Positions 48,781 through 61,400 of a stretch of DNA of 64,000 nt are shown piece after piece. The notes under the pieces are model-generated. The model did not search any database. It was not told the DNA's origin and saw only the letters and a list, made by a program, of their open reading frames with translations. Location: positions 73,884-137,883 of the forward strand of contig QMNG01000001.1 of the NCBI GenBank assembly GCA_003647645.1, given 5' to 3'. How positions within the stretch are numbered: position 1 is the stretch's first letter; each line of letters opens with the position of its first letter. This DNA comes from a candidate division Kazan bacterium. GTDB lineage: Bacteria; Patescibacteriota; Kazan-3B-28. The translations under genes were made by a program, and so were the position numbers.

Positions 48781-48910
48781 AGCTTTGTCTAATAAAACTT
48801 GCTAATCACTCATATAAGATCTGTTTCTTGTCCCATTAAGGGGGGAGACAAGAAACAAGCATGAATTGATTGGTAGGCTGATGGACTATTTGTCTGTTTG
48901 TCCGTCTATT

Positions 48911-49279
48911 CTACATCTTGACTTCAATACTGACACCGGCAGGCAGATTGAGATTGGTGAGAGCATCAATGGTTTTCGGCGTAGGATCGGAGATTTCTAT
49001 CAAACGCTTGTGAATCTTCATTTCAAACTGATCGCGGGAATCCTTATGGATAAAAGTGGATTTTAAAACTGTATAGAGCTTTTTTTCAGTAGGCAAAGGA
49101 ATTGGTCCACTGACTACTGCCCCGGTCCGTTCGGCTGTTTCAATGATCAAACGAGTGGACTTGTCCAAAATCCGATGATCATAGGCCTTGAGACGAATAC
49201 GAATACGCTGCTTGGCGTCTTTGCTCTTTGAGCTAGACACTGATTTAGAGCTAGTCTGTTGAGAAGGATTCGTAGGCAT
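48911..49279 (-). CDS. rpsJ: 30S ribosomal protein S10, with an N-terminal extension
   Basis: ...[30 protein letters not shown]... Confidence 0.9.
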   Translation of the reverse strand: MPTNPSQQTSSKSVSSSKSKDAKQRIRIRLKAYDHRILDKSTRLIIETAERTGAVVSGPIPLPTEKKLYTVLKSTFIHKDSRDQFEMKIHKRLIEISDPTPKTIDALTNLNLPAGVSIEVKM

Positions 49280-49365
49280 TTAATATTTAAGTGTTAAACA
49301 ACAATTACTGCCGATGCTTGACCCCCATTTGACGAGGAACCTGGGAAATCAACCCATTTATATAT

Positions 49366-50553
49366 TTATTTGATAATCTTGGTAACAACGCCTGCTCCGA
49401 CCGTCTTGCCACCTTCGCGGATGGCAAACCGAAGACCAGTTTCCATGGCAATCGGAGTAATCAACTTAACATTGATGTCAATTTTGTCGCCGGGCATAAC
49501 CATCTCCGTTCCTTCCGGCAGTTGAAGCTCGCCAGTTACATCAGTGGTACGGATGTAGAACTGCGGCTTATAGCCTTTAGTGAAGGGTGTGTGGCGGCCG
49601 CCTTCCTCTTTGCTAAGCACATAAACATCGGCACTGAAATCAGTATGGGGCGTAATGCTGCCCGGTTTAGCAATGACCTGGCCACGCTCAACATCGGTCT
49701 TTTCCACACCTCGCAAGAGCAATCCGACATTGTCGCCGGCCTGGCCCTGGTCAAGCAATTTTCTGAACATTTCAACACCAGTCACAACTGTTTTCCTGGT
49801 GGGTTTAATTCCGACTATTTCAACTTCTTCATTGACTTTGATAACACCCTGCTCAATCCTGCCAGTCGCCACCGTTCCGCGACCTTTAATTGAGAAGACA
49901 TCCTCAACCGGCATCAAAAAATCTTTGTCCATATCGCGGACAGGGTCGGGAATGTAAGCGTCGAGAGCGTCTAACAGTTCGAAGATGCACTTGGTAGCAG
50001 CCTCGTCTGTAGGATTTTCCAGAGCTTTCAGGGCTGAACCTTTAATTACTGGAACTTCATCGCCGGGGAATTCATATTTTTTTAATAGATCGCGAACTTC
50101 CTGCTCAACCAAATCAATCAGTTCAGGATCATCAACTTGATCAGTCTTATTAATGAAAACTATAATCCGGGGCACTCCAACCTGCCGAGCCAGTAAAATA
50201 TGCTCCCTGGTCTGAGGCATAGGGCCGTCAGTAGCGGCAACTACCAAAATGGCTGCATCCATCTGAGCCGCACCAGTGATCATATTCTTGATGTAGTCGG
50301 CATGTCCGGGACAGTCAACATGAGCATAGTGCCTCTTTTCGGTCTCATATTCCTGATGAGAGGTAGCAATAGTAATGCCGCGCTCCTTTTCCTCAGGGGC
50401 ATTGTCAATATCTTCAAATTTTCTGGCTTCAGCCTGTCCTTTAAGTGCTAGCACTTGAGTAATAGCCGCTGTCAGAGTCGTTTTTCCGTGATCAACATGG
50501 CCAATTGTACCAATATTGACATGGACTTTGTCTCGCTTAAAAGTTTCTGCCAT
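49366..50553 (-). CDS. tuf: Elongation factor Tu
   Basis: [23 protein letters not shown]-motifs; 395 aa. Confidence 0.95.
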   Translation of the reverse strand: MAETFKRDKVHVNIGTIGHVDHGKTTLTAAITQVLALKGQAEARKFEDIDNAPEEKERGITIATSHQEYETEKRHYAHVDCPGHADYIKNMITGAAQMDAAILVVAATDGPMPQTREHILLARQVGVPRIIVFINKTDQVDDPELIDLVEQEVRDLLKKYEFPGDEVPVIKGSALKALENPTDEAATKCIFELLDALDAYIPDPVRDMDKDFLMPVEDVFSIKGRGTVATGRIEQGVIKVNEEVEIVGIKPTRKTVVTGVEMFRKLLDQGQAGDNVGLLLRGVEKTDVERGQVIAKPGSITPHTDFSADVYVLSKEEGGRHTPFTKGYKPQFYIRTTDVTGELQLPEGTEMVMPGDKIDINVKLITPIAMETGLRFAIREGGKTVGAGVVTKIIK

Positions 50554-50709
50554 AATTTACTCCTTTAAATAGCTTAATAACTAGTAATAAAAATGTACAT
50601 TAAAAATGTACTATTAGAAAATAACCGATTTGCCTGATTTATGCAAGGGTTTTTCACAAAAAAAATCCCAGGCAGTACCCCGCCCGGGATAGTTGGGCTA
50701 ACGAGGCCG

Positions 50710-51099
50710 TCACTTCAGGCCCTCAAGGTACTCGGGATTGTACCGACCCGGCGTAAACCAGGCCATCAGGGTACCGCCCACTTTCACACAGCTCAAAAAG
50801 GCGTACCCCCAGAACATAAAAATATGGGCATGGTGCCAGAACCCACTCATCTGATAGTCCAGTCCGCCCCAGATAAGCCAGATGAGAAAACAGAGCCAAC
50901 CGATTAGGCCGCCGGCGATTACCTGCCAAAACTCGATTGCCTGGTATTGGGCATTCCGACCGATCAATGTAAAGATGGACCAAGGAGCAAAGAAGAGGAT
51001 AATAGCCCACACCCAATGAGGCCAATACCCGTTGTCGGCCAGCAGAATGCTACCAAAGCCAAGCACCATAAACATAATAGTCGCCAAATACCGCATCAA
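50710..51099 (-). CDS. Trp-rich 4-TM membrane protein, hypothetical, inserted between fusA and tuf
   Basis: Own promoter TTGACT-17-TGnAATAAT and strong SD AAGGAGGTGA, both read from the sequence. Confidence 0.5.
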   Translation of the reverse strand: MMRYLATIMFMVLGFGSILLADNGYWPHWVWAIILFFAPWSIFTLIGRNAQYQAIEFWQVIAGGLIGWLCFLIWLIWGGLDYQMSGFWHHAHIFMFWGYAFLSCVKVGGTLMAWFTPGRYNPEYLEGLK

Positions 51100-51152
51100 G
51101 GTTCACCTCCTTGTCAAGATAGCCCGATTATTCACTAAAATTCAGTTCTAGT

Positions 51153-51184
51153 CAAGAAAGACCCAACGGCTCACGAGAACCGTT
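51153..51184 (-). terminator. Rho-independent terminator downstream of fusA
   Basis: Minus strand: AACGGUUCUCGUGAGCCGUU followed by GGGUCUUUCUU. Confidence 0.45.
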
Positions 51185-51212
51185 AGTTATCTTCCAGTCT
51201 GAGTAAAGTTTT

Positions 51213-53300
51213 CTATTTGCTCCCAGAATGTTTGGCAATCAGCTCTTCTTGAATATTAGCCGGGACCTTTTCGTACCGGAAGAATTCCATTGTGTACGTA
51301 GCTCGGCCCTGACTCATCGATCGCAGAGTAGTCGCATAGCCAAACATTTCACCCAAGGGCACAAAGGCCTTGATAGCTTTGGCGTTACCCCTTTCTGTCA
51401 TGCCTTCAATCCGGCCGCGCTTGGAGCTTAAGTCCCCCATCACGTCACCGGCAAAGTCCTCCGGCGTGACCACTTCAATGCTCATTACCGGCTCCATAAT
51501 TACCGGGCCACCTTGTTTAACCCCGTCCTGCAGAGCCATACTACCGGCAATGGAGAAAGCCATCTCAGATGAATCTACATCGTGGTAGGTACCATCGTAT
51601 AGAATAGCTCTAATATCCACCACCGGATACCCGGCGATGACGCCCTTGGTCATCGCATTCTGAATACCTTTTTGTACAGCCGGAATATACTCTCTAGGTA
51701 TTGCTCCTCCGACAATCTTGTTAACAAACTCAAAATGGACATCCCCAGCGTCTGCTAATGGCTCGAACTTAACATAAACATGGCCGTATTGCCCGCGGCC
51801 GCCGGTCTGTCTGATATACTTGGCTTCGACATCGGCATTTTTAGTAATAGTTTCCTTATAAGCCACTTGCGGCTTTCCGACGTTGGCTTCAACCTTGAAC
51901 TCACGTTTCATCCGGTCAACCAGTACATTAAGATGCAACTCGCCCATTCCGGAAATAATGGTTTGGCCAATTTCTTTGTCACTTTTAACTTCAAAAGTGG
52001 GATCTTCTTCGGCTAACTTGCTTAAAGCCAGAGACATCTTTTCCTGATCGGCTTTGGATTTGGGTTCAACCGCAATAGAGATGACTGGATCGGGAAACTC
52101 AATCGATTCCAAAATTATGGGGTCTGATTCGTCACAAAGAGTATCGCCGGTTGTAACATTTTTCAAGCCAACAATTGCGCCGATCTCTCCCGCAAAAATT
52201 TCCTTTACATCTTCGCGGTGATTACTGTGCATTCTTAAGATTCGTCCAACCCGCTCTTTTTCCCCCTTGGTTGAGTTATAAACATAAGATCCAGCTTTCA
52301 GCGAACCGGCATAAACTCTGAAGAAAATGAGCTTATCCACAAATGGATCAGTTGCTACCTTAAAGGCCAGTGCCGAAAACGGTTCATTATCATCAGCCCG
52401 TCGGGTTATTTTTTCTCCCGTTTTGGGGGATATACCTTCAACCGGAGGAATATCCAGAGGACTGGGCAGATAATCGATGATCGCGTCCAGCAGCTGTTGG
52501 ACGCCTTTATTTTTTAGAGCTGACCCGCAAAATACCGGAACTACTTGGTTGGCAATAACAGCTGCCCGCAAAGCTTTTTTAAGTTCGTCAACGGTCAGAA
52601 CTTCATCGGTTAGGAACTTCTCCAGCAGATCTTCCTGCGTTTCAACTATTTTTTCCAGCAACTTGCGGCGCCACTTTTTAACCTCATCCCGATATTCGTC
52701 GGGCACCTCAGTTTCTTTGACTTCCTTGCCTAGCTCATCCTCAAAGTAGTAGGCTTTCTCCCCTAACAGATCAATGACTCCTTCAAAAGTTTCAGCGGCA
52801 CCGATAGGAAGTTGAGCCGGAACAGCATTAGCGCCTAATCTATCAATAATCGAGTCAAAGCTCGCAAAAAAATCCGCGCCCATTCTGTCCATTTTGTTAA
52901 TAAAACAGATCCTGGGAACATGGTATTTTTCGGCCTGCCGCCAGACTGTTTCGCTCTGGGGCTCAACCCCAGCCACTCCGTCAAACACGACTACGCCACC
53001 ATCTAACACCCTTAGTGAACGCTCCACTTCAACCGTGAAGTCAACATGCCCCGGAGTGTCAATGATGTTAATGCGAGTATCTTTCCAAAAGCAGGTAGTA
53101 GCAGCAGAGGTAATTGTAATCCCCCGCTCCTGTTCTTGTTCCATCCAGTCCATAACAGCCTCGCCCTCGTGTACTTCACCAATTTTGTAAGTTTTACCGG
53201 TATAAAAAAGAATACGCTCGGTAACAGTAGTTTTGCCGGCGTCGATATGCGCAATAATTCCGATGTTGCGGGTTTTTTCCAGCGTATATTCTCTGGCCAT
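51213..53300 (-). CDS. fusA: Elongation factor G
   Basis: 695 aa; [17 protein letters not shown] and NKMD G-motifs. Confidence 0.95.
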   Translation of the reverse strand: MAREYTLEKTRNIGIIAHIDAGKTTVTERILFYTGKTYKIGEVHEGEAVMDWMEQEQERGITITSAATTCFWKDTRINIIDTPGHVDFTVEVERSLRVLDGGVVVFDGVAGVEPQSETVWRQAEKYHVPRICFINKMDRMGADFFASFDSIIDRLGANAVPAQLPIGAAETFEGVIDLLGEKAYYFEDELGKEVKETEVPDEYRDEVKKWRRKLLEKIVETQEDLLEKFLTDEVLTVDELKKALRAAVIANQVVPVFCGSALKNKGVQQLLDAIIDYLPSPLDIPPVEGISPKTGEKITRRADDNEPFSALAFKVATDPFVDKLIFFRVYAGSLKAGSYVYNSTKGEKERVGRILRMHSNHREDVKEIFAGEIGAIVGLKNVTTGDTLCDESDPIILESIEFPDPVISIAVEPKSKADQEKMSLALSKLAEEDPTFEVKSDKEIGQTIISGMGELHLNVLVDRMKREFKVEANVGKPQVAYKETITKNADVEAKYIRQTGGRGQYGHVYVKFEPLADAGDVHFEFVNKIVGGAIPREYIPAVQKGIQNAMTKGVIAGYPVVDIRAILYDGTYHDVDSSEMAFSIAGSMALQDGVKQGGPVIMEPVMSIEVVTPEDFAGDVMGDLSSKRGRIEGMTERGNAKAIKAFVPLGEMFGYATTLRSMSQGRATYTMEFFRYEKVPANIQEELIAKHSGSK

Positions 53301-53371
53301 AAATAAGATTAATGATTTTATAGACTGATAGCTCTCCCCTGCTCACCCGTACACTTAAGTGGCTTACTACT

Positions 53372-53845
53372 CTAGAAGCGAGCGTAGTGAGCAAAAGCCT
53401 GATTGGCTTCCGCCATTCGATGCGTTTCCTCACGCTTCTTGACTGCACCTCCGGTGCCATTGACAGCATCAACCAATTCATCGGCTAACCTCATGACCAT
53501 GGGTTTGCCTTTGCGTGCTCTGGCAGCAGCTACTATCCATTGAAGAGCCAGTACATTTTTTCTGTCGCCCTTAACTTCGGTGGGGATCTGAAGGTTGGCG
53601 CCGCCAATTCTGCGGGACTTCAGCTGAACCGCGGGATAAATATTGTTGAAAGCGTCTTCAAACACCTGAATAGGATCCTTATTTGTCCTTTTGGCGGCTT
53701 CTTGCAGAGCATCATAAACAATTTTTTCAGCTACTGATTTTTTGCCGTTTAGCATCACTTTACGAATTAGCCGACCAATCATAACATGACCGTACTTACG
53801 GTCTGGTTCACGTTCATTCTTAATATTGAGTTTCCTCCTGCTCAT
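53372..53845 (-). CDS. rpsG: 30S ribosomal protein S7
   Basis: Family match and position. Confidence 0.9.
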   Translation of the reverse strand: MSRRKLNIKNEREPDRKYGHVMIGRLIRKVMLNGKKSVAEKIVYDALQEAAKRTNKDPIQVFEDAFNNIYPAVQLKSRRIGGANLQIPTEVKGDRKNVLALQWIVAAARARKGKPMVMRLADELVDAVNGTGGAVKKREETHRMAEANQAFAHYARF

Positions 53846-53885
53846 CGATTCGTTAACTTAATAGACTTATCTCTGCTGGGGTTAG

Positions 53886-54380
53886 CTATGTTTCTTCGGT
53901 TGGAGCTTCAGCCGCAGGGGCAGTAGCTCCACTGCCGGCAACCGTGGCCGCAGTTATTGTGGTAGCCCCGCTTTTTTTGGTGCCATATTTGCTTCGTCCG
54001 CGTTTACGGCCACTAACTCCAGCCGTATCTAATCTGCCACGAACCACATGGTAGCGAACACCCGGCAAGTCCTTTATACGTCCACCCCGAATCATAACTA
54101 TGGAATGCTCTTGTAAATTATGCCCAATGCCGGGGATATAGGCTGTTACCTCCATTCGGTTAGTCAATCGAACTCTGGCGATCTTACGAAGAGCTGAGTT
54201 GGGCTTCTTGGGCGTAGTGGTAGTAACCTTAACGCAGACTCCCCGCTTAAAAGGAGAGCCTTTCTTCTCAACAACAGAACGCATCTTCAGAGTGTTAAAG
54301 CGCTTCTGCATTGCCGGCGACTTACTTTTCGCCTTCGAAACTTTACGTCCTTTTCTAATTAGTTGGTTAATAGTTGGCAT
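53886..54380 (-). CDS. rpsL: 30S ribosomal protein S12, with a ~35-aa Ala/Thr/Gly-rich C-terminal extension
   Basis: [13 protein letters not shown] and the PNSALRK region. Confidence 0.9.
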   Translation of the reverse strand: MPTINQLIRKGRKVSKAKSKSPAMQKRFNTLKMRSVVEKKGSPFKRGVCVKVTTTTPKKPNSALRKIARVRLTNRMEVTAYIPGIGHNLQEHSIVMIRGGRIKDLPGVRYHVVRGRLDTAGVSGRKRGRSKYGTKKSGATTITAATVAGSGATAPAAEAPTEET

Positions 54381-54550
54381 ATTTTAATTCTAACGGAATC
54401 TTTACAAGCTGGTGCTGACTAATTATATAACGATTACTTATATCCATCTACGCTGACCGGACCTGCCAATCAGCAGGCGGCCATATCAACGCCGCCAGGA
54501 TAACCAATTTAAAAATTATCCAAAAAGGTATGATAGGATTCTACCTAAAA

Positions 54551-57500
54551 TTACCGAGTAGTGTCAAGCTTATGTATCTGGCGGGTGGCAAACCCTGTAC
54601 CGGCTGGTATCAGGCGGCCAACAATCACATTCTCCTTTAGACCACGCAGAAAATCGACTTTACCTGAAACTGCGGCATCTACTAATACCCGGGTAGTTTC
54701 CTGGAAAGAAGCTGCCGAGAGAAAACTTTCAGTATTGAGAGCTGCTTTGGAGATGCCTAGCAACAACTGAGTGGCACTCGGCGGCCGTTTATGGTTTTTA
54801 ACCAATTCAGCGGCTGCTTTCTCTAGCCTTAGTCTGTCGACCATTTCACCGGCCACCCACGGACTGTCTCCTTCCTTATCTATTCTGTATTTGGAGAACA
54901 TCTGACGAACAACTGCTTCAATATGCTTATCGTTAATGTTTTGTCCCTGCATAGCATAGATATTTTGAACCTCGCTGGTGACGTAAGCCTGAGTGGCCTC
55001 GGCGCCTTTCAATACCATCAACTCATGGGGATCGAGCTGACCTTCTGTAATTTGCTGGCCTTTTTTGATCTTATCGCCGTCTTTTACCCTTAAAAATGTC
55101 CGCTTCGTGATCGGGTACTCATAAACTTCGCTTTTAACACAATGCAGGACGAGATCATTATTTTGTATTTCAATAACTCCGGAGGCTGGAGCTTTATACT
55201 CAGTCTTATCTTTGTCGTCTGCCACAAAAATGACATCGCCCTTTTTAACCTTGTCATTGTGCTTAACTTTGATTTTAGCGCCAACATCAAAACTTATCGC
55301 AATCCTGCTGTCTTCCTTAACTTCGAGCCGAATAAACTTTTTGTTGCCGACTTCCATAATATGAACTGTGCCGTTTCCGGGAGAGACAATGGCCGGAGTT
55401 TTTGGCCGCCTAGCCTCAAACAATTCCTCAACCCGAGGCAGACCCTGTGTAATATCGGTAGTTGACGCTACTCCTCCAGTATGGAAAGTCCTCATCGTTA
55501 GCTGAGTTCCGGGTTCGCCGATGCTCTGGGCAGCTACGATTCCAACGGCTTCACCAAGTTTGACCAATTGGCCGGTAGCCAAATCTTGCCCGTAACATTT
55601 TTGGCAAATGCCCCAAGGGGCCTTGCAAGTGATCATCGAACGGACCTTAACTCTAGTCAGCCCTGCTTTTTCGATTTTGTGGGCCAGATCCTCTGTAATA
55701 TACTCCCCGGCCTTAACCAGCACCTTCCCGCTTGGGCTTTTAACATCCACGGCGGCAAATCTGCCTTCAATGCGTTTGGACAACGGATCGCTCAGTAAGT
55801 TGTCCGGGTCGTGCTCTATAAAAATGCCCAACTCAGTTTTGCAATCTTCTTCTGCCACCACAATATCCTGACAGACATCAACAAGCCGACGAGTTAAATA
55901 GCCGGCATCGGAGGTTCTTAAGGCAGTATCTGACAGACCTTTGCGAGCGCCGTGAGTAGACAAGAAATATTCTAATGAACTCAGACCCTCCTTGTAATTA
56001 GATTTTACTGGCAGTTCCAGCTTCACTCCGGTAGCGTTAACTTTGGTGCCAACAATACCGACCATTTGGTTGAACTGCTCCAAACTACCCCTCGCTTTAG
56101 AAGCAACCATCATTGTCACCGGATTAAAAATGTCCTGCATCGACTCGCTGCAAATCAACTGTTCAATTTCCTGTTTGGTCTTCTCCCATAAATCAGTAAC
56201 TAGTCGACGGCGTTCATCAGCGGTGATAAGGCCCTCTTTAAACTGAGCTTTAATATCATCCACTTTCTTATCAGTGGCCTTGATCAGGTTGTTCTTGGCC
56301 TGTGGTGCCTGCAGATCCCCTGCACCGAAGGTTGCTCCCGAAATAGTGGCATAATGAAAGCCAATGTCTTTAATGCCGTTCACCAATTTGACCGTTTTTT
56401 CACGGCCAAGCAGCCGGTAGCTGGCATTAATGATTTCCTTAAGCGTTTTTTTATCAGCTGCTTTGTTAACAAATCCCAGTTCTTCGGGCACGACCTCGTT
56501 AAACAGCAATCGACCGAATGTGGTCCTGATGATTTCACCATTAATCGAAATATGAATAGGCTCATGCAATTCTAATTTGCCCAAAGAATAAGCCAAAGCG
56601 GCCTCATTGTGGTCAACAAAATAGCGCTTTTTGTCACCTTCCGTAGACTCTTTTAAGAGTGTCAGAAAATAACAGCCTAATACCATATCGTTATTAGGGA
56701 TGACAATTGGCTCGCCGGTCGAAGGTTTCAACAAATTGTTCGTTGAAAGCATAATTTCTTTGGCTTCCCGCTGGGCAAACTCAGACAGAGGCAGATGCAC
56801 AGCCATTTGATCCCCATCAAAGTCGGCATTGAAAGCAGCACAACTTAGGGGCTGCAACTGAATGGCGTTGCCCTCAACCAGCACAGGACGAAAGGCCTGA
56901 ATGCCGAGCCGATGCAATGTTGGCGCCCGGTTCAAAAGCACATAGTACTTATTGATGACGTGCTCCAAAGCATCCCATACCTCGTCAACTTCTTTTTCCA
57001 CCATTTTGCCGGCGGTTTTTACATTGTGAACCAAACCATCGGCTAAAAGCTTGGCAATGACAAACGGTTTGAACAGCTCCAAGGCAATAGGCTTGGGAAT
57101 TCCGCACTCGTCCAGCTTGAGTGTAGGACCGACGACAATTACAGAACGGCCGGAATAATCTACCCGTTTGCCGAGTAGATTCTGACGGAAGCGGCCTTGT
57201 TTTCCCTTAAGCAGATCACTCAATGATTTAAGCTGGCGCTTAACATTGGTTGTTGCAGAAGTTTCACGTGCGGTAATATCAAACAGAGCATCCACAGCTT
57301 CCTGCAGCATTCTTTTTTCATTTCTGGTAATTACTTCCGGTGCACCGATGTTAATCAATTTTTTAAGGCGATTATTCCTATTAATAACTCGACGATACAA
57401 ATCGTTCAGGTCACTGGTAGCAAACCGGCCACCATCCAGCTGGACCATCGGACGTAAGTCGGGGGGGATAACCGGTAATACAGTAATCAACATCCATGAC

Positions 57501-58348
57501 GGATGAAGCTTGGCTCTAATAAATCCCTCAATCAATCTAAGGCGCTTTTGTAAACGCTTGTATTTTTGGCCTGTAGCCTTTTTGAGCAGGGTCCGAATTT
57601 TTTTATCTTCTTCGTCCAGATCAATGTCCTTGATCATCTGGTAAATAGCTTCTGCCCCGATACCGGCTTTAAACACCTGTCCATACTTAAGCGACAGGTC
57701 TCTGTATTCATGCTCTGAAATAATTTTTTTGACCTTTAAATCTTTAACCTCCGAGGTGGCAGTTTGATAGGCGGCCTTTAGCTTGATGAGCTTTTCCTCC
57801 AATTCAGCAGCGCTAATGGTCTTCTTCTGCTTATACTCATTTTTAATATTTTTAACATGGCTCTTGTACTCCTGCTCCAACTGCCGCAATGCCTCAGCTC
57901 TCATATTTTCATCCACTGAGTTGACAATGTAGGCGGCAAAGTAAATTACAGATTCTAATTTTCTGGCGGGAACATCAAGCACCAATCCCAGCCGCGACGG
58001 GGTACCCCGCAGGTACCAAATATGGCTGACTGGCGTGGAAAGTTGGATATGTCCCATACGTTCACGTCGAACCAATGAGCGAGTAACCTCAACTCCGCAC
58101 TTGTCACAAACGATACCCTTATAGCGGATTTTTTTGTATTTTCCACAATAGCACTCCCAATCCTTGGTCGGACCGAATATTCTTTCGTCAAATAAACCTT
58201 CTTTCTCCGGGCGCAGAGTCCGATAGTTGATGGTTTCTGGTTTAGTAACTTCCCCGTGAGACCAGCTTAAAATCTGCTCCGGCGAAGCTAGACCGATTCT
58301 CACGGCCAAAAAATCATTTTGGGCTTCTGAAGTTTTAGCTTTTAGCAT
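54551..58348 (-). CDS. rpoC: DNA-directed RNA polymerase subunit beta'
   Basis: 1265 aa; NADFDGDQMAVH catalytic motif. Confidence 0.95.
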   Translation of the reverse strand: MLKAKTSEAQNDFLAVRIGLASPEQILSWSHGEVTKPETINYRTLRPEKEGLFDERIFGPTKDWECYCGKYKKIRYKGIVCDKCGVEVTRSLVRRERMGHIQLSTPVSHIWYLRGTPSRLGLVLDVPARKLESVIYFAAYIVNSVDENMRAEALRQLEQEYKSHVKNIKNEYKQKKTISAAELEEKLIKLKAAYQTATSEVKDLKVKKIISEHEYRDLSLKYGQVFKAGIGAEAIYQMIKDIDLDEEDKKIRTLLKKATGQKYKRLQKRLRLIEGFIRAKLHPSWMLITVLPVIPPDLRPMVQLDGGRFATSDLNDLYRRVINRNNRLKKLINIGAPEVITRNEKRMLQEAVDALFDITARETSATTNVKRQLKSLSDLLKGKQGRFRQNLLGKRVDYSGRSVIVVGPTLKLDECGIPKPIALELFKPFVIAKLLADGLVHNVKTAGKMVEKEVDEVWDALEHVINKYYVLLNRAPTLHRLGIQAFRPVLVEGNAIQLQPLSCAAFNADFDGDQMAVHLPLSEFAQREAKEIMLSTNNLLKPSTGEPIVIPNNDMVLGCYFLTLLKESTEGDKKRYFVDHNEAALAYSLGKLELHEPIHISINGEIIRTTFGRLLFNEVVPEELGFVNKAADKKTLKEIINASYRLLGREKTVKLVNGIKDIGFHYATISGATFGAGDLQAPQAKNNLIKATDKKVDDIKAQFKEGLITADERRRLVTDLWEKTKQEIEQLICSESMQDIFNPVTMMVASKARGSLEQFNQMVGIVGTKVNATGVKLELPVKSNYKEGLSSLEYFLSTHGARKGLSDTALRTSDAGYLTRRLVDVCQDIVVAEEDCKTELGIFIEHDPDNLLSDPLSKRIEGRFAAVDVKSPSGKVLVKAGEYITEDLAHKIEKAGLTRVKVRSMITCKAPWGICQKCYGQDLATGQLVKLGEAVGIVAAQSIGEPGTQLTMRTFHTGGVASTTDITQGLPRVEELFEARRPKTPAIVSPGNGTVHIMEVGNKKFIRLEVKEDSRIAISFDVGAKIKVKHNDKVKKGDVIFVADDKDKTEYKAPASGVIEIQNNDLVLHCVKSEVYEYPITKRTFLRVKDGDKIKKGQQITEGQLDPHELMVLKGAEATQAYVTSEVQNIYAMQGQNINDKHIEAVVRQMFSKYRIDKEGDSPWVAGEMVDRLRLEKAAAELVKNHKRPPSATQLLLGISKAALNTESFLSAASFQETTRVLVDAAVSGKVDFLRGLKENVIVGRLIPAGTGFATRQIHKLDTTR

Positions 58349-58406
58349 TCTAACTGGGAAATTATCAATATAGTCTTATTAATTATTTTAAATTTTTAAT
58401 TCTCGT

Positions 58407-61400
58407 TCACTTCCGCGCTCTATTTTTGTCGCGCCTATCGCGTACTGGCTTGGCGCTTTCACCGATTGGCCGCTTGAGAATTTCAGGATCAGTTATCACT
58501 TCGACATTGAGACCGAGACCTTGCAGTTCTTTGGTAATCACATTGAAGGCCTCGGGTGTCTGCGGTTTTTGGATGGGTTCACCTTTAACGATGGACTCAT
58601 ACGTCCGGGAACGACCCTGGACGTCGTCTGATTTAATTGTCAGCATCTCTTCTAGGGTATGAGCTGCTCCATAGCCTTCCAGCGCCCAAACCTCCATTTC
58701 ACCGAACCTCTGACCGCCGAGTTGGGCCTTGCCTCCTAGCGGCTGCTGGGTTACCAGCGCATATGGACCGATTGAACGGGCATGAATTTTATCGTCTACC
58801 ATATGGCCCAACTTCAAAATATAGGCGACACCCACCGTTGTATCTTGGCAGAACTGCTCACCAGTCCGGCCATCAAAGAGCTTGGTTTTACCGCTCTCGG
58901 GCAGATTAGCCCTTTTCAACTCTTCGATGATACCCGGCATATTGACGCTCTCAAATACCGGATTGATGGTATTGATTTTCATCTGACCAGCGGCCCACCC
59001 CAAGTGAGTCTCTAAGATCTGACCCAAATTCATTCTGGAGATAACGCCCAGAGAGTTAAGAATAATATCTACCGGAGTACCGTCCTCCAAAAATGGCATA
59101 TCAGCCTGGGGAACTATTTTGGAAATAACCCCTTTATTACCGTGGCGACCGGAAAGTTTATCACCAACAGATATTTTGCGCATCTGAGCTACATATATAT
59201 AGATTCTTTTTAGAACACCCACTTCCAATTTATCGCCTTTGTCAGCGTCAAATATTTTAATGCCAATAACTTTGCCATAGCCGCCGTGAGGTAAACGCAG
59301 CGAGGTGTCTTTGACGTCTTTGATCTTTTCTCCAAAAATAGCCCGGAGCAGCCGCTCTTCGCTGGTTAGCTCAGTTTCGCCCTTGGGAGTAATTTTGCCG
59401 ACTAAAATATCGTTAGATTTAACCTTAGCACCGATTCGAATAATTCCATCCTCATCAAGATCGGCTACAGCATCTTCACCAACATTGGGAATGTCACGGG
59501 TAGTAATTTCAGGACCTAACTTAGTGTCACGAACATCTATCTCAGAACGTTTAATATGAATCGAACTGAAAACATCGTCTTTGACCAAACGGTCAGAAAT
59601 AACTATGGCATCCTCGTAAGTGGCTCCACTCCAAGATAAATAAGCCACTAACACATTGCGACCTAAGGCCAGCCGGCCATTTTTAATAGAGGGTCCGTCG
59701 CACAATGGATCGCCCTTGCTGACGCGATCCCCGATGCTGACGATTGGAGTTTGAGTTAAATTTGTCTCAGCATTAGATCTGGAAAACTTAACCAGATCAT
59801 AAGTAATAGTTTTGCGTTTGCCAGCCGGTAAAAACTCTATTTTGGTCCCGTCTACATATTTAATTGTTCCATCGCTTGGCGCTGTAATCACCCAACCAGA
59901 ACCGATGGCGGCATCCCGTTCCATACCGGTGCCAACTATCGGAACTTGGGGATTAACCAACGGAACTGCCTGGCGCTGCATGTTGGAGCCCATTAAAGCC
60001 CGCTTGGGGTCATCGTGTTCCACGAATGGAATCAATGAAGTAGTCACACTGACAATTTGTTTTGGCGAAACATCGGCGTAATCAACCCTGCCCACAACCG
60101 CCGTACCGGGGTCGCCCGCCCGCCTAGCGTTGACATAGCGAACCGCAATTTGCCCAATCTCATCAGTGGGAATATTGGAAACAGCAATTGTCAGGTTCTC
60201 TTCGGTATGAGCATCAAGATACTCCACTTTGTTGGTAATAAAAGCTTTAACTGGAATTTTGTCCAAGCCCTGAATAGAAACAAACTTCTTGGCAAGTTTT
60301 TCATCAATTTTAACACCAGCTCCGGCGACAATGTTTTTGGTTTTGGGATCAACAATATTGCTGAACAGAGTACGGTTGATCGCTGATTTCCCGTCATTGG
60401 GAACAGATGATAAAACTCGACGATAAGGTGACTCAATGAATCCGTAATCATTAATTTTGGCATAGCTGGCCAAATGTCCCACTAGACCAATGTTTTGCCC
60501 CTCGGGTGTTTGAATCGGACAGATACGGCCGTAATGGCTGGTGTGCACATCCCGAACATCAAATCCAGCCCGTTCACGACTCAGCCCCCCGGGACCCATA
60601 GCGCTTACCCTCCGCTTGTGCTCCAGCTCAGCCAGCGGATTGGTCTGGTCCATAAATTGAGAAAGCTGAGAACTGCCGAAAAATTCCTGCATAATCGCGC
60701 TGATTGGGCGGGCATTAATTAACTGGGCAGGGGTTAGTGTACCTATTTCTGAAACACTCATCCTGTCTTTGACGATGCGCTCAACCCGAAGCAGACCAGT
60801 TCTAAACTTATTTTGAATTAGTTCCCCGACAGCGCGGACACGGCGATTCTTTAAATGGTCAACATCATCTTCGGCCCCCCCGACGTTATTTAGGCGAATG
60901 ATCTCTTTGGTAATGGCTTTTAAATCATCCAAAGTCAGCACTCTGTGATCACGGTCGTTTTTAGTATCGAGATTCAGCCGGCGATTGATCTTGTACCGCC
61001 CGACTGCTCCGAGATCATACCTCCGGAAGTTTTGGAAGGTGTTAACAAACAAATTTCTGGCGTTGTCGACATTAGCCAAATCGCCAGGTCGAATTTTTTT
61101 ATAAATTTCAAGCAGAGCCTGGTCAGTGGATTTGGCTGGATCCTTCTCAATGGTGGCTTTAATAAAACTCAGCTTGGGATCATTGTCTACGTCGGCAAAC
61201 ATCTCGATCAGTTCCGAATCGTTGCTTACGCCAAAAGCCCTCAACAATGTGGTGATATAGGTTTTGCGTTTTCTATCTATCTTAACGGAGATAACCCCCT
61301 TATTGTTGGTCTCTAACTCCAACCACACTCCGCGCTCCGGAATAATTTTGACTCCATATTGGCCATGGGAGAGTCCTTCTTCGCGCGTAAAAAGTACACC

